A DNA stretch of 64,000 nucleotides, from contig JAUZTB010000087.1 of the NCBI GenBank assembly GCA_034780895.1, positions 82,625,383 to 82,689,382 of the forward strand. Reading direction: 5' to 3'. Of the stretch, positions 1-13,762 are shown one piece after another. How positions within the stretch are numbered: position 1 is the first letter of the stretch; the number at the start of each line of letters is the position of its first letter. The notes below the pieces were generated by a model, which did not search any database, had not been told where the DNA came from, and saw nothing but the letters and a program-made list of their open reading frames with translations. This stretch comes from Rhynchobatus australiae (taxonomy: Eukaryota). The position numbers and the translations under genes are program-made.

Positions 1-149
1 ATAATAAACATGATTCTGAAAACCAGCATTTTCATTTGCTTTGTTCAATTCTTGCTATCCAGATTACATTCAGATTAAGCTTTGAGACTTATTTAAAATA
101 CTTACTTCTTCTTAGATTAGTGGCATCCCTCTTTCATTCTAGTTGGAAT

Positions 150-335
150 GTCATGGGTTCAACCCCTTTGCCTAAAATGTGAACAATGTCAGTTTCTCAA
201 GTAGTAATCTAGAATTCTTAACATAAGATTCAAAAACATTAGTTTCAAACAGATCATTAGAATTTCAATTNNNNNNNNNNTGCTGGATCACTAATGGTAA
301 TCACAAAACTGCTGGATTGTTGTAAAAATCCACAT
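150..335 (+). mobile_element. Old SINE/LINE-5'UTR-type repeat remnant (same family as 37085-37495)
   Basis: 'taatggtaatcacaaaactgctggattgttgtaaaaatccacatc' matches the internal motif at 37190-37235 and 39262-39300. Confidence 0.45.
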
Positions 336-2859
336 CACGTAATATTCTGACCTATGATAGGACATACATGTTTGATGATATCTGATGGGTGTGTGCTGGT
401 ATTGGTCCCAGATAACATGGTTCTGTCCAGCAGGCTTACTGGTCCTTTAATTTTAAATGTTTGTTTGATTCATGAAAATGAGGTTGGTATTTACAAAAAA
501 GACAAACACAGTAGATAAACCAAAACATTTGCAAATAATTGATTAACCACATGCTTTATTAGTTATTTATAAGTTGTATGCTTCATCAAAACCAACTCAA
601 ATTCCATGGAATGTTATGCTTTCAATGCCATGCAAAAATGTCAAACTAGTGTTATCAATAATGTGGACTACTTGACTGACCTTACCCACTACATTACACT
701 AACCATATTCTCAGATCCTGGCACATATGCCTGGCAGCTTTGGGGTCAGAAATCCAGTTGCAGAACTGTTTCCACTGTTGTAAGACTATATGCAATTGGC
801 ATGTGGTACAGACAAGTACATTCAGTGGCTACAAAAGCCATTTTATTCAAAATTTAGGTTTACATCTTTTCAGACTTGCTGCTACAGTGTATGCTGGAGA
901 TGGTTCCACAGAATGCTAGAAAGGGTCATCCTGTTCACAATCAATTCATTTAGCAGTCACCCCTTTAGCAGCCACAGAACAGAGATTCGGGCTGCTCATT
1001 GCATTGCCTTCTGCTTCATACTTCAATCACTTTTTAATCTACTTACTCTTCCTCAATCTCGACAATGTATGCAAATAGACTGTGATGTCTCCACCTTTCT
1101 AAAAATTTCCAGAGATTCTGTTCCCTTTTGTTAACTCTCATTTTCAACTAACACTGTCCCTTTATGTTTCATTTACAAAATTTTTATCACTTATGCCACT
1201 AATATCTTTGTTAACAAGCACAAATAGCTCATGTTATATGTAGCCAAGCAAAACCTGTTTCTAATCATTCAAGTGCAAATTGCACTCAAATTGGAAAAAA
1301 GAATGAAGTTTGAACTCTATTTGATAATGTCCTAATAAGGTCTTTCGGAGAACCATTGAAATATTCCACATTGCAACATAGATGGATAGCAATGGCTATA
1401 ATTTTTAAATTTAAAAAAATGTATTTAATAAGTTCTCAGAACTAAAAGGTTAACAATAGTTTGTATAACATAGTTGAATGATGGAAATTCTAGTTATGGA
1501 TAGAAGTTCTGTTCAGTTGCATTAGGTTCATTCTGTTCAAGTTGCATGAAAGTTAGCGTAACTCGCTTAAATGATCTCAAAATTAAGTAAAATTTGTTCA
1601 GCACAAGTTGAGTTTCCATAATCTTTTGCAGTAATTTAAAAACATTGCCATAGATTAGAAAACATAATACTTGAAGCAGGATCCATCCATGGATCTAGCT
1701 ATACCTGAAGAATGAATTAATCATCATTACAAGTTTCCACAAACTGTGCATGTTTGCAGAGGTATGAGGACACTTTCTGCAAATTGAGGTGATTTATTTT
1801 TATTGGGTACAAAGACACCAAAACAAATTGTACCATAACAAATGATTGTCTATTTTTAAGTCTGTTTCAGTTTTATTTCATAGGGGACATTGAAAGCATA
1901 TATGTTGCAATAAAGCTATTTTCATCTCATTCAGTTAAGTTGTACCATTATCACTTTTGCTCAGCAAATAAGGCGGTATTTTAAAACAGCATTCTCTTTG
2001 CAGAAACTGATGTTTGGGTGCACAGTAAATTTTGCAGTTGGTAATATGCAAATAAATTAGACTGTAAATCTGAGAAAATAAACACTTCACAAAATTAGGT
2101 ACAAGAAAGGCATCATATTATGAATATTACTGTCCAATACAGACAAAAAAGTGTGTTGTCAAATACCATCTATAATATTAGCCACTATTGACATAAAGAC
2201 TGAAAAACAATAATTAAAAAAATCAACTAAGTGTGTATACATGCCTCATGAGAATGAATTTAAGGCTTCAATCTAGTCTTCAAAATGAAGTCATTTGAGC
2301 TCCTTGATTAGATTACAGCATGGTCATCATTCTCAGTTATCCATTATTCTAAAAATAGTTTCTGCTACAATTCTATTCAGAGTAACAACTGTTGTAAAAA
2401 TTGTTAAAAGTTAAACCTTACATGAGCCCTATTTCAATAGCTTTTACAATAAAATTTTGAATTCATTTCCTCTGCTTTTTTTTCTTCCTCATCCTCTGAT
2501 TGTAACAATTTGTTCTTGTAGTTTATTCAGAGCAGTATTCATACTCAAATCCTATAATGCATTTTATTTTGGTTTCGAGGATCACACATGAATAAGTTAT
2601 TTGGCCCATCAAATTTATGCCTGTGATCTCACAAAAGAAAATCTGGTTTCAACACATGCTCCCAATGAATCACAACAATTCTTAACATTTTTCTTCTTCA
2701 CCAGTCCAATTTCTTTAACAAATTATTTTGGATCCCACATAAACATTAGATTATGGCAAAGAATCGAGTGCATTTTTTTTCTTTACATTCTCTATAACTC
2801 TTTGCATGTTTATTTTAAATTTATCATTGTCTTGCAAACTAAAAGCAGCAATGTGTCTG

Positions 2860-3100
2860 TAACCCTCCTATCATGTTACAAAATCTTGATCATGGCACCA
2901 CTTAACTTTCTGAACTCCAATGAAAAAAGTCTTGAATGTTCAACCTTTTCCTGATAACAATAACCCTCAACACTAGCAACTTCCATTATGCCATTGCTTT
3001 AATATTCTTCCAACAAAGAAGCTGAAACTGTGCACAATATTTCAACTACAGCCGAAGTAAAACTCTAACACAAATTCAACGTCACCTGTTGACTTTTGCA
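2860..3100 (-). mobile_element. Degenerate CR1 LINE ORF2 3' remnant
   Basis: 'gaaactgtgcacaatatttcaact' is the reverse complement of the CR1 'LEYCVQFW'-coding motif seen intact at 38730-38755. Confidence 0.5.
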
Positions 3101-4921
3101 TTTATCAGGGTTATTCTTCCCGAATCAGGAGGAATTAAGAAGCTGAACAATTAAAATGGTTCAGCTTCCTACTCTGATCCATTAGTTTGCANNNNNNNCA
3201 TTGTTTTAATAGGCAACAGATGAAGTCCCTGCCAGAATTCAAGAGGATCCTCGTTAAAAGTGAAAATCATACATGGAAATGACACATATGGGAAATGAAT
3301 GGAATTTTAACCCACTCCTGAGTTGGATACCCACTGGGGCCAAGCAACCAGATGAGTCCTGGAACACTGCCACATCAGCCATATATTACCACTCATCACC
3401 CCATGTCCCTCCCAGCTTTGAGACCTTTGTACATTAAACCCTGGACCTGCACTGCTCCTGGTGACCTACTCAGCACCCTTTTTTTTGTTGTTGCCCAATA
3501 GCCAGTTGCAGCTTTCTTTCTGAAATGCCCCACCAAATTACCGCAGGCATTCAAATGAGGCCTTGCTATTAAAATCTGCTGGGCCTTCAACTTACATTAC
3601 AAAACAACATTGCTATCTCCTTGGCTTCACGTTTCACGAGGAAATAAAAATCAATCTTACTTCACCTCAGATACAAAGTTCCATAAAGTCTGATATTTTT
3701 TGTGATTTGTTTATTCGCTTCATATTTAAGAACCAACATATCCACACAAGGTCCTTCTGCTCCACAAATTCATTTAGAATCTTACCATTTAAGCTGTATT
3801 TCCTTTTTGTGACATTACCAAATGTATTATTTCACAATATTTTTCAAAATCAATTGCGTGTCTCAACTATCTTTCTATTCCTGTTTCAATTTTAATAATG
3901 TTTCAATTTCAACATCCAGATTATCTAAGCATGAAATGACATGGAAATTATGATTGCAGGGATGGTGAAACTGTCAGCGTTTGCTGTTGTTACACTGTGA
4001 CACTGACAGTAACTTCTGAAATTTGCACATTCACAAGTAAATACNNNNNNNNNNNNNNNNNNNNNNNNNNNNNNNNNNNNNNNNNNNNNNNNNNNNNNNN
4101 NNNNNNNNNNNNNNNNNNNNNNNNNNNNNNNNNNNNNNNNNNNNCATTCACAAGTAAATACTGAAATCCAGATGTTGCTCTCAGTGATGTTGTGCCCTCT
4201 TGGAAATGTTGCTACAATACTTTGCCATGCAATCAAAGCAGAATCAGTATTATGCTGTGAACTTTAACTCCTGATGTGATGTTCTCAATGTAAAAATTGA
4301 AAATGTTGTGCCTTGCTAAAAGATGTGGAACAGAGTTTTAAAGTCAACATTAGTGCTGAACAACTTCAGTGGCTCAGAAAACTAATGTTATGGTAGTGGA
4401 TTCTGGTCAATTCAGAACAATTCAAAATACTATGGATTTAAAAATATATGTTTTGTTATTTTTAATTATTTAATATATATTTTCATTTCTACCCTAATCC
4501 ATATCAGGACAACATCTTTATTTTGCTCTCTGTAAAATGCTTAAAAACAGTAAAATATAATATAAAAAATTATTTATTGTGGTATTTTTCGATCTGATTG
4601 GTTGCTCAGTCAGCTTGAAGGCATCTTTGTTGCTGGATACCACATATCCTCTACATAAGACATCAGAGAGAAACTGGTGTTTGTAAAGAAGAATTCAACA
4701 TGACAGAGCCCACTGGAATTTTGTGGGCACATTTCTTTGAGGTCAGTGGTGAATGCTCTTCCATTTTCAGGACCTTCTGAACATCCACTTCCATTATGAT
4801 ATACAAAGCAAAGTATAATATTACTGCCTTTTCACCCTGTATTACAACCTTGCCTCATTCATCTAACTGGCCATACTCATGCAAATCATCAGACAATCAC
4901 ATAAAGAAATAACTTTTCTTA

Positions 4922-4981
4922 ATAGAGTCATAGGGTTGAACAGCACAGAAAATGCACCCTTCAGTCCAACTCATTCATGCC
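4922..4981 (-). mobile_element. CR1/HE1-type 3' tail fragment
   Basis: 'atagagtcatag...cagcacagaaaatgcacccttcagtcca' is the reverse complement of the CR1 3' UTR end and tail. Confidence 0.6.
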
Positions 4982-5159
4982 GTAATATATCACCCATAAT
5001 GTTCTGTCATTATTTTACTTAGCCTTGCACATTTCTATTTTCTCTTATTTTCTTCAGAGTTATCCTTGATTTCTTACAATCATTCTGTGAAGAATACCTT
5101 CCAATGCATCATGGTCATAAAAAGATACATCACTGAAAAAAGTCCTAGGACTCAATAAG

Positions 5160-5435
5160 TCCATATCAACCATCAACGACCCATTTACACTAATCCTACA
5201 TTAATTGAATTTTTATTCTTCCTACATTTTCATCAGCTCTCCCCCCCACCGCTCTCAATTTTGCCACCCACCCATTCATTAGGGATAATTTACAGTGGCT
5301 AATTAACCAACCAACCCACGTGGGAAGAAACTGGAGCACCTGTGAATTCCACACAGACACCACCCAAGGTCAGGATTGAAGCTGGGTCTCTGGTGATGTG
5401 AGGTAGGGGCTCTACTAGCTGCACCACTGCGGTGC
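5160..5435 (-). mobile_element. HE1-like tRNA-derived V-SINE
   Basis: Minus strand reads 'gtggtgcagctagtagag...cagcttcaatcctgacc' (A/B-box-like head) and 'ggtgctccagtttcttcccac' (V-domain); homologous to 54351-54678. Confidence 0.8.
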
Positions 5436-5499
5436 TTTTCTTTGAGGTTACTTTCTTGCTCATTATATTCTCAGGATATTGGGAAGGAACAGGAGACTT

Positions 5500-6120
5500 C
5501 ACTCCTTGTTATTCACTCCTTGATCCCTGAGAGTTTTGATCAAGGTACAATGAAACAATGGTAATGTTTATTCACACTGTAATCTCGTGTGTATGGGGGG
5601 GGGGTGGAAGGGTGGGATCTTAAGAACGGATGTAATGTGCAGCATTTTGCTCCTCTTACCTTGGTTATTGCAATGTTAGGAGCCATGGTTGAATTGGGTT
5701 TGGCAAGTTACTGCATTACTTAACTTGCATTATACAGTAGCCAAAGCTACAGTGGACCAGTGGTAGAGTGTGAACTTATTGGCAAAGGCCATAATCATGA
5801 GGTCTATTCCATCTTAGAGAGTGTTGCACCTGGACTATTTTTTTGAAATTATATTCTTTCAAATTAATATTCCATGGTACTCCTAGTTTTTACCTTAATA
5901 GTAAAAAGGGTTTTAGAAATGAGGTACTGAATACTTTTTGTTATGCTCCTGTAGTCACATACTTAATACATTTGTTTAGTTTAGGTTTGATTTAGTAATA
6001 AGTTTCAGAATATTGATGGGGAATTCAGCAAAGGTGGCACCAGAGAAGATGGCTGGAGCATGAGATTTTACTCAAGTGGTGAACTTGTCATTAAAAATGT
6101 TGGTTAACAAAGCAATTCTA
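5500..6120 (-). mobile_element. Highly decayed old LINE remnant (family of 42850-44110)
   Basis: 'ttggcaagttactgcattac...cagtggtagagtgtgaac' resembles 43465-43535. Confidence 0.4.
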
Positions 6121-7829
6121 AAAGAATAGTCATAAATTCCCTCCGCTGTATGNNNNNNNNNNNNNNNNNNNNNNNNNNNNNNNNNNNNNNNNNNNNNNNN
6201 NNNNNNNNNNNNNNNNNNNNNNNNNNNNNNNNNNNNNNNNNNNNNNNNNNNNCGCTGTATGTGTTTTTGGATAACCCTTCCATGCTATCTCAATTAACAT
6301 GCAGCCAACTACCTCAACTTTTGCACAGCATATGTAAATTCAATGGGTAACTAAATTAGTCATAATGTAAGATGGCCAGCCTCATTTGTTATTATCCGCT
6401 TTCTGCTAATTTTAATGGACTAATTTCACCCATATTACTTGCATTGAACAAAGATAAAATTTATTTTTCCACCGGGAAGAATAAATGACCCAGATTTTAC
6501 GGTTGCATTGGCAGCAAAACTATTACGATTTTCTGTCACTGCACAATGAAACCAATAGCAACTATATTTCTGAGCATATGTTTTTAAACAGGAAAATCAG
6601 GAATCATTCTCAGTGATTCTACCCTCTTCCATAGTCTGTGTGGTTTTACAGCCTTCTCCAAGAAAATCAACAAGAACTTAAGTTGTTTACAACCCAGTCT
6701 CAATGTAAAATATCCACAAAATGTTGCACTCTTTTGAAGTCTAAGCAAGATGTACTACTTCCTAATTACTATTTTAACATTAAAAATATGGTACAAAAAG
6801 ACACATTATAAATATTCCTCAAGGAAGAAAAAACATGTTATGGACTTTTAAAAGAAGTGCTTTGTAAAACATGCTGCCTCATTTGTTATTTAAAAAATTG
6901 GTTTTGCTTTTCTGATTTGCTGTTTGTGAGAATTCTTTTCTGCAATTGCCTGTTTCGCCATCTGGATGACATATGGACAAGGGATCCCCTTCAACCTATT
7001 GTGGTTGAAAGGCCACGGAGTCCAGAGCAATATATGTAACAGGGTTTTATTCAGTTTTATACTTTTGTTTAGATGAAATGCCAGGTGATTGACTGTTTTC
7101 AAATATGATCATGTCCATTTTTGGTGTGCCTAGGTGGCAAATTAGCCAGTAGGGAACCTTCCATAGGTGAGTTAGAGACACAGGGCCCCTACATCTGTTG
7201 CATCCTCCTATCTGTTTACAATGGTGTAAAATACCTTAACTCCAAGATATCTCACTCTAATGCCTGGTTCTCATGCCTAGACTTTTCATCTATTGTTTTC
7301 TCACATCAATGTCTACTTGGTAAATTTTACATTTTTCTTAATACATCAATCCTTCTTATCCTGATCTCATTAATGTGTCATGGCTTAAAGTTCAAATGTC
7401 TCTCCGTAAAGAGTTCATTGAGATTCAATTAATATAGTCCTTTCCTCTCAGCTGTCTCCAGGTGACATCTGTGCATTTAGCCAATCCATATCAGAAATGT
7501 CTCGTGCTTATCTCATCTTTGTTCTGTCCCAATATTTAACAAATACATCAATTAACAAGCAACCAATTTTTGTTTTGCCTTTTATGTCCAGTGACTTCCC
7601 ACTGTGAGCCTTCAACAGAGAGCTGTGTTTGTTTGTACAGCTGTACCTTGTAATTTTAAAAATGATTACTGCTTGTAAGTCACATTTGGAAGTTGTTTGA
7701 AAGTTGGCTCTTGCTCTATGGCTCCTATATTAGCTCTATCTCCTTTGAAAGTGGCTTGCTACTTCCCAACAAGCCCAGGCCTAATACAACCAAGAAATCA
7801 CAAGATCTTTGCAATCGGCTTTCTTCCAG

Positions 7830-7874
7830 GCCAGTGGTGACAAAGATCCTTTGCTGCTCACTGAAAAATCTGAG
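7830..7874 (+). other. Candidate 45-nt exon (ASGDKDPLLLTEKSE), or 3' part of an upstream first exon
   Basis: ctttcttccag acceptor, GAG|gtaaat donor, open frame in phase 0/0; splice signals only. Confidence 0.25.
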
Positions 7875-9579
7875 GTAAATAAATATGTTAATTCCAATAT
7901 AAATGAGGGCTTACATTTATTAAGCAACTTTTGCACCGTCAGGTTATTCTAAAATGATTCAGCAGTTTTGAATTTTGCAGAGTACAAAGCTTTAATGTAG
8001 AACAAAATACAACTTATGCACAATCAATACAGGTTTGTGCTTCAAAGGAACTATTTCCCTTGTATCCCAATCTACAACTTTGCTTTCAGAAAAGGCGCTC
8101 ATGTAAATTTGTCTGCACAAGTATTTTGAAATTCAGCCTGTCTCCAGATTATTCCAAAAACAACCCAGCAACATTCACTTAGAATAAATGCCGTCATTTA
8201 TTTTGGCAAACTGTGGATACTCGTGCAGCAAGGTCTACTTTTGACTGATGGTCACAGAGCGTTGAACAAATGTATGAAATCCAAAGCAAGCCTTTAGGGA
8301 TAACAAAAATGAACTAACTTGCATTTATACAGAACTCAAGCAATCTTAAGATACTGTAAAGCCCTTCCCAGCCAGTGAATTAATTTTAAAATGCAATTAT
8401 TGATGCAATGCAGGGACCTGTTATAATGTAGGGAATGAGGTTTTCAACTGAAATATAGTTATTAAAAATAATTTAGTTTAATGAGTAAATTTAATCATAT
8501 TAATATAAAACAAGCAATTATTTGCTCTTATTTCATTAAAAACCTTACTTCGGATTGAAAAAATGTCAATTTGAGAAAAAGACTGCTTAGAAAACATTTT
8601 GAGTAAATTCATTGGTGCATCAAGTTTTTATTTCCTCAATCGTATTCCTATGTATCTTTTCCATCTAAATTTTGTCAGAATTCTTGGCAGAACTTAATGC
8701 AGGAAATAAGCTTGGTGGATCGGAAGTGAAAAGTTTCTAAAGCATTTGAACCTTGTAGATTAGTGGGAGTAACATTATTTTAGAGGATATGAAAATATGT
8801 TAAGAATATCTAACACTTAAAAAAGTGTAAATTTTTATGATTGACTTTAAACTAGAAATAGAGCGACCAAGTTTTAGAAAAGTACCCATACAAATTCCTC
8901 AGTAACAATCAAAGGAGGTGTAGAATAAATCAACTCCATTAGCACTGTTCTTATGCCATGGCTGAAACCCAGGAAATAATGCAAAGATCTCAAGAGGATT
9001 GGTGAAGTAAGGCTAAGTACATCTCTTATAACTTCAGCAATTTCTTCTTCCATTTCTTTTGCCTCTCCTGAATCGCTATGTATTATATATTTGAAATGCT
9101 ACTGCATAACAAATGCTCTCTCTTCTCACCCAGCTAATTGCTTCCTTCTCTCAACATGCACACTAGATGAAGCTGCTTCAGACAAATTCACATCCTCACA
9201 ACAGAATAAAGAGAAATCTAAATGCATTGACCTTGGAGGACAAATTAATGACAAGAACAGGCACAGAGTTGGTTGACTATGAATAGTCATGCTGCCACCA
9301 GGATATATTATTGACTAGATTGGTGACAACTGCAAGCAACTATTGAATTGCCTCAGTATTTCAGAAATCAGTACACTCTGAAAAAGGATCCAGATTTGTG
9401 ACCTTTTACCATAAGATGCCTGATATAAAATAAATGAGGGACCAAACATTTCCATGCACCTGGACAGCAAAATATTCTAGACAAGAAGAAACGATATGAT
9501 GAGGGGGGCAGAGCAGGAGTGGCACTGACTACCATGGGACTAGTTGCCAGAAATAGATACAGTATTGATACATTGGACT

Positions 9580-9680
9580 AAGTGCAAAAACAGAACATGT
9601 TGGAAACATCAGCAGATCAGCACCATCAACGGGGACAAAAACAGAATCAATGTTTTGGGTCAAGAACCCTTCACCTGAAT
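9580..9680. repeat. Single arm of the Penelope-derived palindromic element
   Basis: 'aaaaacagaacatgttggaaacatcagcagatcagc...caatgttttgggtcaagaacccttcacc' matches arms at 15793-16042, 52397-52495 and 56786-56910. Confidence 0.6.
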
Positions 9681-9739
9681 GGAAAATGTCAAGCTTACTT
9701 TTGGTGACTGGAATCTCAGGAGACAGAGTGTATCTGCAT

Positions 9740-10630
9740 GGACTGATTGGGGATAGTCAGCATGGCTTTGTGCATGGGAAATCATGTCTCATGAACTTGA
9801 CTGAGTTATTTTTTGAAAAGTGATCAAGAGGACTGACAAGGGCAGGGCAGTAGACATTGTCTACATGGACTTTAAGCAAGGCTTTTGAAAGATCTTTCAA
9901 GGTAGGCTGATCCGGAAGGTGAGATCACATGGTATGTAGGGTGAACTAGCCAATTGGATACAAAATAGGCTTAGTGGAAGGAGACAGAGGGTGGTAATGG
10001 AGGGTTGTTTTTCCAGATTGGAGGCCTGTGACCAGTGGTGTCCTGCAGGGATTGGCACTGGGTCCCCCATTGTTTGTCATATGTACTAAAGATTTGGACA
10101 AGAATGCAGGTGGCAATAATTAGTAAGTTTGCAGATGACACCAAAATTGGTGGTGCGGTGGACAGTGAAGAAGGTTGTCTCAGGTTCCAACAGGATCAAC
10201 ATCAACTTGGCCAAAGAATGGCAGATGGAATTTAACTTGGACAAGTGCAAAGTGATGCATTTTGGGAAGTTAAACAAAAGCAGAATATACACAGTGAATG
10301 ACATGGCCCTCGGGAATGTTGTCGAACAAAGAGGTGTAGAGGTACAAGTACATACTTCCCTGAAAAGTTGTGACACAAATAGACAAGGTGGTGGAGAAGG
10401 CTTTTGGCATGCCTGCCTTCATCAGACAGGGCACTAAGTACAAGAGTTGGGATGTTATGTTACAACTGTATCGCATGTTGATGAGACCACACCTGGAATA
10501 TTGTGCACATTTCTGGTTGCCATACTATTGAAAGGATGAGATTAATCTAGAGAGGGTGCAGAAAAGATTCACAAGGACATTACATGTAAAATCATGAGAG
10601 GCATGGAAAAGCTGGATTGTCTTTTTCCCT
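9740..10630 (+). mobile_element. CR1 LINE reverse-transcriptase fragment, frameshifted and 5'-truncated
   Basis: Translates to SQHGFVHGKSCLMNL, VDIVYMDF, ISKFADDTKIGG, WQMEFNLDKCKVMHFG, LEYCAHFW: diagnostic CR1 ORF2 motifs. Confidence 0.95.
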
Positions 10631-11329
10631 AGAAATAGGGAGATGCCTGGCAAATGAAATTTACCACATCTGGGAAGCATGTATATTTTCATCTCTCCAG
10701 TGAAAAAAACATGATTAAATAAGATGAGCTACCACATTCCAAAGTTATAATATCCTCAAGTCTTTCTTTTGATTAACTACCACAGATTCGTTAACTAATA
10801 TAGCTGAAGTGCTAGAACATGTAAAGAAGGATAATAAAATGCAGGATGACTTACTTCAGTTGAAAGTGATTTAGCAGATACAGTGATTTAGATTATGTAG
10901 CATTTGTGTTGATGCAAAGTATTGTATGTACAGGGACATGAAACTACCAGAGAACTTCAAGCAATTTAACACCTTAGCATACAGTACATTATATGAGATA
11001 GATCATTTCCAGCTGGTCTCCGCTTGCATTTCAGGAAATAATTCTATCCTTGTGCAGCTCTGTACTTTCAAGTGTCCACTGAACTTCCCAAAGATTTATT
11101 AAATTCAAGAATACTTTCCAATATGTCAATCATCATAGAAATGAGAAGCGGTTTCCTTAAATTAAATATGGCTCTTCAGAAATAAACTTTGTATGTACAT
11201 GTGTGTGCCAGAAAATCCTACTGCCTAGAACTGATTTTTATCAGCACTATGTGGACCAGAGCATGATGATTTCCTGGTCAAATTGTGAAACTCTGAAAAT
11301 TTGTCCAGACACTTCTTGTTCTTGATGGG

Positions 11330-12047
11330 CTGATCAATTGGTTGGTCTTGGCTGACAAATGAATTTTACCACAGAAAAGTGCAAAGCATAAACTCAAGGG
11401 CATGACTCTATAAAGGGAAATGGTGGATCTGGAGGTATGTGTGCATAATTATTGAAAGAGGCAAAAGAGATGAAGAAAACAGAAAAAGAAAAGCATACTG
11501 GATCTTGGACTTTATAAATTGAGGCAAAGTGAAAAGAAGTCATGGTAAATCAATATATAACAATGGTCTGGCTACAAGAGGGGTGTTGCATTCCAGTTCT
11601 GAGTACCAGATTTTAAGAACGATGTGAAGAGTGGGTGCAGAACAGACTTACCAGAATGAAGGTATTTGGTTATACAGATACAATGGAGAAACTTGGATTG
11701 TTCTCCTTGGAATGCAGTTGGAGATGGAATCTGATAAGAGATATTTCAAATTGTTAAGGAACGAGACAGAATACTCACAAATTGTTCCCACTGTTAGAGG
11801 ACATTGTAATGAAGGTGAATGACAAAAGAGTCAAAGGCGACAGGAAGAAAATCCTTCTCATGTAATAAGTGGAGTGCACTGCCAGGGTTGTAGTGGAGAC
11901 AGATTAAATAATGATGTTCAAAAGGGTACTTGATAAGTTGCTGAGAGAAATATAGTGCAGGGTGAAGGGCAGGAGTGGGACCAATTGGCCTCTTGTACAG
12001 AGCAGCAACAACCTTAATGGGCCTGATGGACTCCTTCTGTGCTGTAG
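11330..12047 (+). mobile_element. Older CR1 LINE 3' fragment
   Basis: 'aatgaattttaccacagaaaagtgcaaa', 'ggatctggaggtatgtgtgcataa' and 3' end 'gggcctgatggactccttctgtgctgta'. Confidence 0.75.
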
Positions 12048-12832
12048 CTTGTGTTGTGAATTGTGTTTGTGCTGGTGACATGCTTAGAGTGAAGTCTGGA
12101 GAAAATTGTGCAAGTGGTTCTANNNNCCCCATGTTGGATACACTTAACCTAAATATTTTTAATAGCTAAGTTGCAGAAGTACATTTTAAAGCGGGCCACT
12201 CTGAGCAGCCGCCAGCTGGGCAATGGGAACCCAATTCAGGCAGGTTTCCTTTGATTTATTTACTTCATGTCCCCCTGAACTGAGCCCAACTTTAACTTTC
12301 TTCCCAAATTCACAACAGTTGCACGATTTACTCCCCCTCTATTAACTGATATACTGAATCCTTGGACCTATTCTCACAACTCACTTCCAAATCAAAGGCT
12401 CATAATTTGGTGACACCCCCTGAATTATTGACCTCAATCCACTACAGTAAGCTCATTCCCAACCAGCAAAGCTTTCACCCCCAACACCAACTCAGTAATT
12501 ATTATCTTCCCTGACCAGCAGTCTGGTTTAGAAATCCACATCTCAAAGCATTAAAGGCCTCCACTTGACACAGCAACTCCACTCACTCAACCATCACCCA
12601 TAATTGTCCCCTGGACTTTGACCCTCACCTAACCTCAGCCTACAGAGATTTCCAACTAGGTTAGCAACCTCCATCTAATTTAACACATACCAGGAATGAT
12701 GTCCAATTGATTCAGATTATCCTATTCCATCTTCCCCAACCTGCAATTGTCCCCCAGCTCTGTGATACACTCCCAGCCAGCAATTGGACTGCACTCAGGG
12801 ACTGCATTCCTAACTCTCCAACATTTATCAAG

Positions 12833-12971
12833 ATGAGAACTTGAATCACCAATGTATGGGAGGCTATGGACCAAGTGCTGGAAAATGGAAATTGCTCCAT
12901 TAGGTACCCTATGGTCAGCATGAACATGATAGGCTGAAGAGCCAGTTTCTATACTGTATGACTCTATGACT
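12833..12971 (+). mobile_element. CR1 3' UTR fragment
   Basis: 'ggctatggaccaagtgctggaaaatgg...ggctgaagagccagtttctatactgtatgactctatgact' ending in the tandem tail. Confidence 0.8.
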
Positions 12972-13762
12972 ACAACAGAATATACAGAAACTAATTTAAG
13001 GACAATATTTTCAAGGTTATAGGACCCTTGATAATGCCATGATATTACAAATGGAAATGTTGCCTGGAACAGTTCTGTTAAAATTGTGCTTAATGGGTAT
13101 CATGGGCTAAATAATCTTGTTCAGGGCATAAAATTACTAATTAGATTCATCAAAGTCAGCATCAAATACTGTTCGGTTCCCATTGTGTGCCAGACATCCC
13201 CACATCCTACAATTATGGAAGTTAAAATAATTGTCTGCTGAAATTATTAATCTGACAATACATCACAGGAAACCAACTCCATTGCCAACCTTTAAACTTG
13301 AATGTGTGTTTAACAAAGAAGAAATGGCTTACAACTGAATTAAACAGACATTTAATGTGAAGAGGCATTTGAAAAAAAATTGATAAGTTACATTTGGGGC
13401 CTACTAAAGACTAAGAAAAAAAAAGTAAAGAATCGTATAAAATAAAATAAGAACCTAAATCATCTAAAAATATTAAATTGTCAGTGTTCTACATCTTCAA
13501 TCTAAATATTTTCCAAAATAATGTTGTTAAAAATAGCATAGAAATTATGCAAATTACTGAGCACTGACGATTTATGGTTTGTGGTAATCTATTACCTGTA
13601 CCTTTTGAGGTTTCAGTCAACCATGCAGATACGACCACAAGCAATTACATTACATAATTACATAAGCATGTGGTCCTGTTGACATTCTTTGATCATAATT
13701 ACACACAGGTTGACGAGTGACAACTCTAAAATGTGCAATGTATCTTCATGTCTGCAAAAAAA

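Noticed and set aside
2460-2552. Minus-strand peptide DLSMNTALNKLQEQIVTIRG as a terminal exon
   Set aside because: Purine-rich acceptor region, no recognisable homolog, no partner exons.
4028-4161. Direct repeats flanking ~100-N gaps (also about 6144-6261, 37290-37446, 42378-42545, 49150-49268, 60348-60459)
   Set aside because: Identical sequence on both sides of fixed-size gaps indicates overlapping contig ends (assembly artefact), not biological repeats or a CRISPR-like array.
5655-5710. Strong minus-strand donor AAG|gtaaga
   Set aside because: Lies inside a decayed LINE remnant and has no credible acceptor.
6960-7040. Peptide LDDIWTRDPLQPIVVERPRSPEQY
   Set aside because: No suitable upstream AG acceptor, weak donor and no recognised homology.
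11262-11335. C/D snoRNA-like boxes (ATGATGA...CTGA)
   Set aside because: No terminal stem or recognisable guide; abuts and probably belongs to a decayed CR1.
12250-12830. C-rich, strand-skewed stretch
   Set aside because: No periodicity, ORF or motif I can support; probably decayed low-complexity or repeat sequence.
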